Source of the DNA: an uncultured Fimbriimonadaceae bacterium
Lineage (GTDB): Bacteria; Armatimonadota; UBA10988
Direction: 5' to 3'
Length of the DNA stretch: 64,000 nt
Assembly (NCBI GenBank): GCA_964405335.1
Contig: CAYONP010000020.1
Location: forward strand, 2,069-66,068
The notes below the pieces were generated by a model. It had not been told where the DNA came from, made no database searches, and saw nothing but the letters and a program-made list of their open reading frames with translations. Below, piece by piece: positions 56,235 to 64,000 of the stretch. A program made the position numbers and the translations under genes. The number at the start of each line of letters is the position of its first letter. Position 1 is the stretch's first letter.

Positions 56235-58061
56235 TCACGGCCATACTGCGCCGGCTAGCGGAGCCAGCACCTTGATGGGCAGCGACATCGTAGTCCCCGG
56301 CTCGACGATGAACGGATCACTGCGCCATTCCAGTAACTGGAGTTGGTTGATGGAGGTAGGCCGGTAGAGGAGGCGATACGCCACCGCCGGCGGCGGACAG
56401 GTTAGCTCGTAGCCGCCGTTCTGATCTGTCGCGACCGAGTAACAGGCGCGCCACTGCCCGTTCCACAGCGCCTCAACAGCAACCGAGCAGGGGGTGGCCG
56501 GGCTGCCTTCTGCGGCGAAGACCAGACCGCGTACGCGACCGGCGGTGCCGGTGGCGAGGTTGAGGGTGATGGCATCGAAGTCGTCGTCAGGGAGTGTCAG
56601 CCGCGGCTCGGGGGTGGCGTCCATACCATACCAAGCTGCCAGGGACAGTCGACGGCCGCGGAAGCGCCCCGGTAGTTCGAACACACCGTTGGCGTCGGTC
56701 CTCAGGGAGCGCGCCGGCCGCGCGGCGCCCCGCATCAGTTGCACCGCCACCTGCGCCTGGGACACAGGTTGACCGTCTGGCCCCAGCACCACACCTCGGA
56801 GCGGTTCGGGCGTGCTCAGGTCGAGGACCATCTCGCGCTCCGGTTCGTCGAAGATCTCGATCTCGACGCAAGCCGCCAAGTCATCCTCGGCCCTCATACC
56901 GCTACGGGCACTGAACAAGGTCCAGCCGGGCGGCACGCGTACCTCGAAACGGCCCTCCGGCCCAAGTTGGTAGTACTCGGCGCCGTCCGGACGCGAGGCT
57001 CCAGAGACAACCAACTGCACCCAGGGCGGCATCGGCCCGTCCTCAGCCGGCAGTACCTGACCATGCACGAGGGTGCCCGGAATGAGCCGCAGCACTGGTG
57101 TCGCTCCGGCGCCCAGGAGCCCAGGCATGGCACGGGCAGCCGCAGCGGTCCACTCAACGGCCCGCTCCTCGTCCAGATAGGTTTCGAGGTAGTGCCAGTC
57201 GAGCGCCAGCGAGTCGATGCGATAATGACCGTTGTCGTCGGTCACCGCCCAGCCCACCGAGCCCGGCTCATCAACTCCCGCAGCACGAATACGGATTCCG
57301 GCCGCCGGCCCGCCCGTTGGGCCATAGACGACCCGACCCTCGAGGCGCCCCGCCAACTCAACCCTGAAGCACAACGGCTCCCGCGTCGGTCGATAGGGAT
57401 AGAAATGACTGCCGCCGGCGATGAGGACCACGCCGTCCGCTCGCACATGCACCTGACCGAGGCGGTCAAGCTCGATGAACCGACGGTCGAGGACCTCGAA
57501 GCTCAGCTCACCGGTCGGTACGCCGGCCAGTCGGCAATCGCCGTAGGCATCGGTTTGCGCAGCCACTCCATCTCGAAGCTGCTCAGGGAGAGTCAGGCCG
57601 TTGACGGAGCGGATCCGCACGCGGACTGCCTCGGTGGAGATCAGCGGGTGCTCCACGCGTGCCGGCACCTCATGCCCGCGTTCCATCCGAAGCGCTACGA
57701 ATTCGGGCACTTGGCCGAGCACAAGAACTAGCGGCGCACAGTCTGGTGCGGTCACCAGCAGGCCGGACCAGAGGTAGTTGCCCGGCCTGGTTACCCGGCA
57801 GTTCCGCGGCAAGACGAACAAGCCATGCTCGTCAGTCACCGCGGTGGCGAAGTCCGGTGCGTCCGGCCCGAGGCCCAAGAGCCGCCAATGGACCTCCACG
57901 CCCGGCATCTGATCGCCGTCCGGGTCGAGTAACTGCCCCTCAAGAATGCCGCCCGGCACCTCGGCCACTTCGTCGGCCAACACCGGTGGCAACTCGGACC
58001 GCGGTGCGGGTGCCGCCGCACCGAGCCAGACCAGCATCCAGCAGGTCAGACCAACCACCAT
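56235..58061 (-). CDS. secreted protein with tandem carboxypeptidase-regulatory-like/Cna-B-type beta-sandwich repeats
   Basis: Signal peptide. Repeated ~80-aa modules with G.V.D..G.P..GA.V motifs (GQLLDPDGDQMPGVEVH; GRVVYGPTGGPAAGIRI; GVVLGPDGQPVSQAQVAV). Confidence 0.55.
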   Translation of the reverse strand: MVVGLTCWMLVWLGAAAPAPRSELPPVLADEVAEVPGGILEGQLLDPDGDQMPGVEVHWRLLGLGPDAPDFATAVTDEHGLFVLPRNCRVTRPGNYLWSGLLVTAPDCAPLVLVLGQVPEFVALRMERGHEVPARVEHPLISTEAVRVRIRSVNGLTLPEQLRDGVAAQTDAYGDCRLAGVPTGELSFEVLDRRFIELDRLGQVHVRADGVVLIAGGSHFYPYRPTREPLCFRVELAGRLEGRVVYGPTGGPAAGIRIRAAGVDEPGSVGWAVTDDNGHYRIDSLALDWHYLETYLDEERAVEWTAAAARAMPGLLGAGATPVLRLIPGTLVHGQVLPAEDGPMPPWVQLVVSGASRPDGAEYYQLGPEGRFEVRVPPGWTLFSARSGMRAEDDLAACVEIEIFDEPEREMVLDLSTPEPLRGVVLGPDGQPVSQAQVAVQLMRGAARPARSLRTDANGVFELPGRFRGRRLSLAAWYGMDATPEPRLTLPDDDFDAITLNLATGTAGRVRGLVFAAEGSPATPCSVAVEALWNGQWRACYSVATDQNGGYELTCPPPAVAYRLLYRPTSINQLQLLEWRSDPFIVEPGTTMSLPIKVLAPLAGAVWP

Positions 58062-58206
58062 GTCGCGCTCCCACGGCGCAGGATGCAGTGGACTTCACGG
58101 CATGTCAAGGCACTACCCATGAGGTCAGGTCCAACAATCATGCGGTCAGTTTCGATTCTGCGCCAGGATCGAAACATCCTGCCCGAAACCGAGACCTGAC
58201 CCGGGC

Positions 58207-58416
58207 TTACGCCGCCACCTCGAATCGCAGGACGATCAACTCCTCGCTCGGCACCGCCAGCATCGCGTAGGTCCGCCCGTCGTCGTCGCTGAACTCGACC
58301 ACCGTGCCGACCTGACCACGGCGGAGCCCGGCCGACTGCTGGTCGGTCAGCAATGCCACCGCCTCGAGCAGCCGTATCTCGGCAGTGCGCATCGCCTCAG
58401 ATGATCTCCAGCTCAT
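58207..58416 (-). CDS. DUF4926-like small protein
   Basis: 69 aa. GQVGTVVEF...YAMLAV matches the DUF4926 SH3-like small-protein pattern. Overlaps the upstream GH172 gene start by 20 bp. Confidence 0.45.
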   Translation of the reverse strand: MSWRSSEAMRTAEIRLLEAVALLTDQQSAGLRRGQVGTVVEFSDDDGRTYAMLAVPSEELIVLRFEVAA

Positions 58417-59494
58417 CCGCCGACGGCAGCGCCGGGAACGGCGCGGTCGGCAGCACCTGGTACCAATAGGCCACGCTCGCCAGATCGTCCTGCAGCGGCA
58501 GGTAGCGCCCGCCGGCGCGCCAGCCGAGGGCCTGGATGGTCACCCGCAGGTCGGTCTGGAAGCGGATCGGGTCGGTGATGTGCCAGCGGTACTGCCCGAA
58601 CCGTATCTGGCTGTTCCACAGCTTGTCTGGCAGGTGCACCTCGGGCATGCCGGTGTACGGACTGCTGAACGGCACGTAGGCGTTGTCGACCACGTAGCAG
58701 TAGGCGCCGCAGAAGTAATCTTCGGTGCCGGTACCACAGATGGTCGGATAGTCGGTGTCGCCGTCCATGAAGAACTTGATCTCGCCCTCGCCCCACCAGC
58801 CGGTGTTGTTGCTCCCCCAGGCCAGGTAGGTGCCGACGTAGTGGCCCTGGCCGCGAAGGCCGTCGACGATGGTGTAGTCGGTCTGGAAGGGCAGTGGGTT
58901 GGTCCGCCGGAACTGGGCGTGGAAGTAAGCCGCGTCGTCGCGCACCGGGCCGAGCGCGTAGTCGACCTGGTAGTAGAGCGTCATCTTCCCTTCGCCAGGC
59001 TTGAAGCTCACCTGGTCGGCCAGGTTGGTCATCGTGATCCGGCAGCGCCGGCGGAACGGCATCGGCCAGTAGCAGTTGAACCCGTTGCGGGGATTGACGC
59101 AGACGGCCAGGCTGTTGACCTGCGCATACTTGCCCCAGCCCTGGGCGAAGAAGTCGCCGACGGGCACCTCGACCGATGGATGCTCCTGATCATCCCAGTA
59201 GAAGCGGAGGATCGACCAGCGGTAGTTGCCGGTCGGCGTCATCCAGATGTGCTGGATCGCGCCGGGCCCTTCGATGTCGGCGAGCACGAACTCGGTGCCC
59301 GGCTCGATCACCACCGAGGGGCTGATCTTCCAGCCCTGGCCCAGGTCGCGCGCGCAGCCGGCGCCGGTGCCCTCGGTGGCCATGCCGCCGGCACCCTTGG
59401 CACCGGTGAAGTTCTCCGGGCTGGCCGAGCGCGTCTGAGCGTCGCTCAACCGGTACAGCGTGCCGAGGTCCACCGCGAGGCCGTCGAATCCCAT
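58397..59494 (-). CDS. GH172 / DUF2961 family glycoside hydrolase
   Basis: 365 aa. DUF2961 jelly-roll hallmarks (GPGAIQHIWMT, RFYWDDQ, GTGTEDYFCGAY). Confidence 0.75.
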   Translation of the reverse strand: MGFDGLAVDLGTLYRLSDAQTRSASPENFTGAKGAGGMATEGTGAGCARDLGQGWKISPSVVIEPGTEFVLADIEGPGAIQHIWMTPTGNYRWSILRFYWDDQEHPSVEVPVGDFFAQGWGKYAQVNSLAVCVNPRNGFNCYWPMPFRRRCRITMTNLADQVSFKPGEGKMTLYYQVDYALGPVRDDAAYFHAQFRRTNPLPFQTDYTIVDGLRGQGHYVGTYLAWGSNNTGWWGEGEIKFFMDGDTDYPTICGTGTEDYFCGAYCYVVDNAYVPFSSPYTGMPEVHLPDKLWNSQIRFGQYRWHITDPIRFQTDLRVTIQALGWRAGGRYLPLQDDLASVAYWYQVLPTAPFPALPSADELEII

Positions 59495-59572
59495 GCGTCA
59501 CTCCTTGCCGGCGGGGCGGTTCGGCGTGGCTGGGGCAAGGCCTCCCAGAATCGCGCCGCCAGAGGGCGCCAG

Positions 59573-61387
59573 TCATCGGTCATCGCGCCACGTGATGAAT
59601 TCAGGCCAGTCCCAATTCACTTTCTCGCACTCGCGGTGTCGTGCGGATCGGTCTTGATAGTATGGCAGCAGCCTGTCGCGGTAGTTCTCCACAAACCACC
59701 CCCACAGATACTCCGGCGGCTCGTGCAACATCGCGTTTGCCCAGCGTGCTGCATCGGGGTCGGAGCGAAAGTACTGCCTCCACGTCTTGAGCGTCTGATC
59801 GTGGTGCCAAAGCTCCGGCAGTGGCTCTGCGAATCCGGAGCCGGTCGTGGGATCTGTGTTGACAATGTCCGAGAGCCACAAAGCAAACATGAAGTGGTGA
59901 TCGGCAAGAAGCCCCTTCACCGGATCCTCCCCCGCCGAGAGGGCCGCTCCGAGGTGCTGGCCGAACCACGGCGAAGTTCGGAGCCACTGGCCTACATGAT
60001 CTTCTGTCGAGCGTAGCGCCTCGCATCTCAGCAGATGGCAGCGATGAAGCGGCGTTGACGACTCCCCGTCCTTCACCGGAAGACCGTAGAGCCGGGAGAG
60101 GAAGGGCCAGCGGCGAAGGTGGACGCTGATGAGCGACCACGTGACGACGAGCGCCACGTGAGCGAACCGGATCGACCATTCGGGCCACTCGTAGTAGCTG
60201 CCGCTTCGCTGCCGATCCACATACATCGAATCTGGGAGGTGTGCCGCAATGTCATTGAGCAGGATGTCGAAAGTCCCGGCGTCGTCGAGCTCGATCACCA
60301 CCGCACCCACCCGGGCCAGGCCTTCGATGCTGGCCAGGACCAACTTTGCCAAGTCTTCCAAGCTCCGTGCCGTTGTCTCTTTGCGAGGGTCGCCTAGCGA
60401 GCTGCGCAGCTCGAGAGTCACGCTGTCACGAAGCCGGCGGCAGAAGTCGACCAAACGGGGTCGTTCGCCGCGAAGTATGAGGGCTCGGACCTCGCGCTCC
60501 AGCACTTCCGGCGACTGCACCGTTGTTTCGCTGGAGAGTGCCTCGATGCGGCTTTCGAGTGTGCGAAGTGCCTCATCAGCGCTCTCTATGCGCATCACGC
60601 GACACCGGTCGTTGCCCCGCAGCTCCGCGACGACCTCGCTCTCCTGGCCGCATGCCAGCCAGTAGAGCAGGTACGGACTGCAGCGCTCTTGGAGCAGCCG
60701 ACAGACGCGCTCGTTCTGCCACCCGTGGTAGCCTACGACGATGATCGCGTTCCGACTTAACAGCTCCGCCAGCACCGCATCCATCGCCGGGTCGAGGTCG
60801 GCAACCTCGGCGGGGGTATTGCGCAGCACGCCGTCGGCCCAGTGACCGTGCGGCTTGAACACGACGCATCGCTCGTGCTCGAACAGCGCCGGATCCGCAC
60901 ACTGCTGCTGCGTGCTGAGGACCGGCGCTTGGATCCCGACCTCGCGCAGGGCGTCTTCCATCAGCGGGTCGAAGTTCGTCGTGACGATGCGCCGTACGCG
61001 CCCGTCGCGGGCTAGGCAAGCGATCACTTGATGTGCCTTGGTCGGCGGGATGACCTCTTCGTTCTGGTCGTCACCCTCCCGCACGAACATGCTGCGCAGG
61101 TACGCTGTCCGATCAGGGATCGACGGACGCACGCGCTCGATCAGTGTGCTGTAGTCGCTGGAGGCCAAGCCCTCGTTCTCGGCCCATTCCTGCACGGCCG
61201 GCGGCAACGGGTCCTGGTCCTGCGTCGCAGCGATGTAGAGTTCCGTCAGCATCCGGTTGTGCACGTCCCACCCCGACGGAATGCCCGCGGCCTTGCTCAC
61301 ACCCGAACCCAGAAACACAACGAACTCGCCACGGCTGCTGGCGAGTTGGATAGCGAGCGACAGTAGGTCGAGTGCTTCGGGGTCCAT
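59573..61387 (-). CDS. SIR2_2-family (ThsA/DSR-like) putative NADase defense protein with uncharacterised Trp-rich C-terminal domain
   Basis: N-terminal EFVVFLGSGVSKAAGIPSGW and IVTTNFDPLMEDAL (the TTNYD-like SIR2 motif) followed by a His-containing loop (VFKPHGHW). The C-terminal ~330 aa has no recognisable domain. GC ~60% by eye against ~70% background. Confidence 0.8.
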   Translation of the reverse strand: MDPEALDLLSLAIQLASSRGEFVVFLGSGVSKAAGIPSGWDVHNRMLTELYIAATQDQDPLPPAVQEWAENEGLASSDYSTLIERVRPSIPDRTAYLRSMFVREGDDQNEEVIPPTKAHQVIACLARDGRVRRIVTTNFDPLMEDALREVGIQAPVLSTQQQCADPALFEHERCVVFKPHGHWADGVLRNTPAEVADLDPAMDAVLAELLSRNAIIVVGYHGWQNERVCRLLQERCSPYLLYWLACGQESEVVAELRGNDRCRVMRIESADEALRTLESRIEALSSETTVQSPEVLEREVRALILRGERPRLVDFCRRLRDSVTLELRSSLGDPRKETTARSLEDLAKLVLASIEGLARVGAVVIELDDAGTFDILLNDIAAHLPDSMYVDRQRSGSYYEWPEWSIRFAHVALVVTWSLISVHLRRWPFLSRLYGLPVKDGESSTPLHRCHLLRCEALRSTEDHVGQWLRTSPWFGQHLGAALSAGEDPVKGLLADHHFMFALWLSDIVNTDPTTGSGFAEPLPELWHHDQTLKTWRQYFRSDPDAARWANAMLHEPPEYLWGWFVENYRDRLLPYYQDRSARHRECEKVNWDWPEFITWRDDR

Positions 61388-61477
61388 TGCCGATTCCGTA
61401 TCTTGCTTCTGATGAAAGCACTACTCGTCAGGCTCTTACACCGAGCCCGGCTTGTATCCTGCATGGCTCCCCAAACC

Positions 61478-61508
61478 CACACCGCCGCCGGCTCCCGCGA
61501 GCCGGCGG
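61478..61508 (-). terminator. GC-rich hairpin (putative intrinsic terminator) downstream of the small minus-strand ORF
   Basis: Perfect 10-bp inverted repeat CCGCCGGCTC-CCGC-GAGCCGGCGG followed on the minus strand by GGGTTTGGGG. Confidence 0.4.
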
Positions 61509-61532
61509 CGGTGAATTGGTTGCGGTAGTCGG

Positions 61533-61778
61533 TTACTCGGTCCCGGCGTCGCCGCCGGCGACCGGCGCGTCGGTCGCGCCGCCGGCGTCGTTGCTCACTC
61601 CGGCGTCACCGGCGCCGTCGGCGACCGGCGGGTCGTTGGTCGGCGTGGCGACGTCGGCCGTCGCCTCGGGCGGCAGCTCCTCGCTCTTTGGGCCGCAGGC
61701 GGGTAGCAGGGCCAGTCCGAGCAGCGCCAGGCCGGCAATCGTCGGCACGGTCCACTTGCGCATACGTCTTCTCCTCAT
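61533..61778 (-). CDS. small putative lipoprotein (weak call)
   Basis: Hydrophobic leader ending LLPAC (Cys lipobox-like), then an acidic Ala/Asp/Gly-rich tail. Confidence 0.35.
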   Translation of the reverse strand: MRRRRMRKWTVPTIAGLALLGLALLPACGPKSEELPPEATADVATPTNDPPVADGAGDAGVSNDAGGATDAPVAGGDAGTE

Positions 61779-61917
61779 AGTCCTCGGGCGGTATGGCGTC
61801 GTGCGCGACCAGGCCGCTCACGGCTCACGACTGATACGCGCCGGCGGCACGTTCGCGCGGTGAACCCGCCGGCGGCGGAGCCGGTCGACTCCGCCGCCGC
61901 GCGCACCGGGGCAGCGA

Positions 61918-62655
61918 TCAGTCGTAACCGATGGCGGTGGTGACGGTGCCGCCGAGGACGCCGTCGCAGTCGTAGTCGAGGTCGTTCTTGGCCGGCGCCC
62001 AGACGAAGTTGGCGTTGGCCAGCCGGTTCGGGTCGCTGATCCCGCCGAGCCACTTGACGTGGCCGTCGACGAAGCCGTAGTTGGCGCCCTCGTTATGCCG
62101 GTCGGCGCGGATGCAGCCCGAGGTGTTGCCGGCCCAGGTGCTGCCGACCACGGCTGGGTTGCTCAACTGCCGGCCGTCGGCCCAGGGGAAGGCGCCGGTC
62201 GGGACGATGTAGCAGATGGCCTGCTGGAACGGCGGCGTCGGCGCGGAGTTGGTGCCCTGTACGTCGGCGAAGCAGGGCGACTGCGCCGGGAGCGGGATTT
62301 CGGCCAACGAACGGCCGTTGCTGCCCATCGGGAAGTTGTAGCCGACGCTCAGCCAGACCCGCGTGGACGGGCAGGCCATGACCTGCTGGTTCTTCAGGTA
62401 GGGCTGCACCAGCTCGGTCCAGCGGAAGCCCCAGGCACCCGAGCCGCCGGTGGCCGAGTAGGGGATCACCCGCTCATCGTAGTCCTGGATGTATTGGATC
62501 AGGGAGAGCGTGAGCTGCTTGACGTTGCTCGAGCAGCTCGACTGGCGCGCCTTCTCCCGCGCCTTGGCGAAGACCGGGAAGAGGATGGCGGCGAGGATGG
62601 CGATGATCGCAATCACGACCAGCAGCTCGATCAGAGTAAACGCGCGTCGTCTCAT
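61918..62655 (-). CDS. prepilin-type N-terminal cleavage/methylation domain protein with DUF1559 (H-X9-G) domain
   Basis: [22 protein letters not shown] pseudopilin leader. C-terminal [14 protein letters not shown] is the DUF1559 signature massively expanded in Planctomycetota. Confidence 0.8.
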   Translation of the reverse strand: MRRRAFTLIELLVVIAIIAILAAILFPVFAKAREKARQSSCSSNVKQLTLSLIQYIQDYDERVIPYSATGGSGAWGFRWTELVQPYLKNQQVMACPSTRVWLSVGYNFPMGSNGRSLAEIPLPAQSPCFADVQGTNSAPTPPFQQAICYIVPTGAFPWADGRQLSNPAVVGSTWAGNTSGCIRADRHNEGANYGFVDGHVKWLGGISDPNRLANANFVWAPAKNDLDYDCDGVLGGTVTTAIGYD

Positions 62656-62939
62656 GCTTGGATCCTCCACGCAAAACACAGCCCGAAACGCACCACGACA
62701 CGGCGCGCGCCGGGGCTAGTGAACTATACGAACCACCGGGCCGCGGAGTTCAACGCCCACGGCCTGTGCATCGATTTTGCCACGGGTGTGGGTCGCCTTC
62801 ACGCCGAGTGGCGTTGGTTGACGCGAAAGTGAGACCGCGGGCGACCGCTGGCGGCCAAGGACACCTCGCCGCGCCGGCGAACGCCGGCTGTGGCACGTTG
62901 ATCGCGGCCGGCCGGCGAATAACGTGCGCGGGGCGGGGT

Positions 62940-63566
62940 ATGGCAGGACCGGGAGCAGGGCTCGCCGGAGCGAAGGAGCAGAAGCGCGTGGCCGAGGTCG
63001 ACTGCCGACTGGCCAACGAAGCGGTGCTCATCCGCCGGGCGCAGAACGGCGACCGCAACGCCTTTGGCGAGCTGGTCACCGCCTATATGCAGCGCGCCTA
63101 TTACGCCGCGCTGAGCCTGGTCGGCAACCATGATGACGCGCTCGACCTGTCGCAGGAGGCGTTTGCCCGCGCCTATCGCGCCCGGCAGACGATCGATCCC
63201 GAACAGCCGTTCTACAACTGGTATTACACCATCCTGCGGCGGCTCTGCTTCAACTTCGTGCGCGACCGCCGGCGGCGCCGCGAGCGGCTCGAGGAACATG
63301 CCGGGTGGCTGGTCGACGAAGCCGATGCGCGGGCCGCCGGTGACGACCCGGCACGGGCGGCCGAGGCGACCGAGCTGCACCGGCAGCTTCGGCGGGCGAT
63401 TGACCGGCTGCCCGAACGCGAGCGCGAGATGCTGGTGTTGAAGGAATACCAGAACCTGAAATACCGCGAGATCGCCGCGCTGCTGGAGATCCCGATCGGC
63501 ACGGTCATGAGCCGGCTCTATACCGCGCGCCGGCACCTGGCTGAGCTGATGGAGGGCGAACTGTGA
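62940..63566 (+). CDS. ECF-type RNA polymerase sigma factor
   Basis: Region 2 (AFGELVTAYMQRAYYAALSLVGNHDDALDLSQEAF) and region 4 (LKEYQNLKYREIAALLEIPIGTVMSRL). Confidence 0.8.
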   Translation: MAGPGAGLAGAKEQKRVAEVDCRLANEAVLIRRAQNGDRNAFGELVTAYMQRAYYAALSLVGNHDDALDLSQEAFARAYRARQTIDPEQPFYNWYYTILRRLCFNFVRDRRRRRERLEEHAGWLVDEADARAAGDDPARAAEATELHRQLRRAIDRLPEREREMLVLKEYQNLKYREIAALLEIPIGTVMSRLYTARRHLAELMEGEL

Positions 63567-64000
63567 GTGCAACCAATCGGGCCGACCCGCACTATGCCCA
63601 ACACCTGATGATGGCCGCGCTCGACGGCGAACTACTCGGCGAGGAGGCCGCCGAACTCGAACGCCTGCTCGCCCGCGACGCCGGCCTGCGCGAGGAATGG
63701 GAGCAGCTCAATCGGGTCAAGCAAGTGGCCGGTGGCCTCAGCCTGCGACCGGCGCCGACCGAGACCTGGAACCTCTACTGGGAGTCGGTCTACAACCGCC
63801 TCGAACGCGGGGTGGGCTGGTTCCTGACCGCGCTCGGCTTGGCCCTGGGCCTGTTCTACAGCGTCTGGTTCGGCATCGTGCGAGTGATCACCGCCGACCG
63901 CCTGCCCTGGCCGCTCAAACTGGCGCTGCTCGCCCTGCTGGTCGGCGGTGCGGTGCTGGTGGTCAGCGTGCTGCGCGAGAAGTGGTTCGTCGCCCGCGAC
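63563..64000 (+). CDS. putative membrane anti-sigma factor, 3'-truncated by the window edge
   Basis: GTG start overlapping the sigma stop (GTGA) with GGAGGG 7 nt upstream. Acidic N-terminal domain then a TM segment (WFLTALGLALGLFYSVWFGIV). Confidence 0.45.
   Translation, partial: MSATNRADPHYAQHLMMAALDGELLGEEAAELERLLARDAGLREEWEQLNRVKQVAGGLSLRPAPTETWNLYWESVYNRLERGVGWFLTALGLALGLFYSVWFGIVRVITADRLPWPLKLALLALLVGGAVLVVSVLREKWFVARD

Noticed and set aside
31226-61387. TIR protein (31.2 kb) and SIR2 protein (59.6 kb) as a single split Thoeris ThsB/ThsA system
   Set aside because: They are ~26 kb apart and separated by many housekeeping genes, each in its own compositional context. They are treated as independent acquisitions. 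The SIR2 protein lacks the SLOG domain of ThsA.
1-64000. CRISPR arrays, rRNA, tRNA
   Set aside because: No short direct-repeat/spacer periodicity was seen. No tRNA-like T-arm (GGTTCGAxTCC) or acceptor-CCA context was found in intergenic regions, including both island borders. No rRNA-like conserved segments.

Overview
High-GC (~70%) bacterial chromosomal fragment, most consistent with Planctomycetota. The lineage call rests on a prepilin-leader/DUF1559 H-X9-G protein, several ECF sigma/anti-sigma pairs, URO-D-family paralogs and many signal-peptide glycoside hydrolases. The ordinary content is housekeeping genes (lysA, ACP/KAS, aspartokinase, ilvD, queC/queE, addAB-like helicase-nuclease), a glycan-degradation gene block at 13-23.4 kb (GH78 rhamnosidase, BNR/sialidase-like, large multidomain GH), and a cytochrome bd-like oxidase pair. 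Two compositionally anomalous low-GC islands stand out. A ~2.6 kb island at 31.1-33.7 kb carries a two-gene operon encoding a TIR-domain protein plus an unrecognisable 322-aa partner; this is a candidate novel Thoeris-like anti-phage system and the top finding. A second lower-GC segment at 56.2-61.5 kb ends in a 604-aa SIR2_2-family protein with an unknown C-terminal domain. A tandem array of three QueC-like PP-loop paralogs interleaved with an ATP-grasp ligase sits ~4 kb upstream of the bona fide queC-queE genes and may be an uncharacterised modification pathway. Many long Arg/Pro/Ala-rich ORFs in the six-frame track are antisense or off-frame artefacts of the GC content and were not called.
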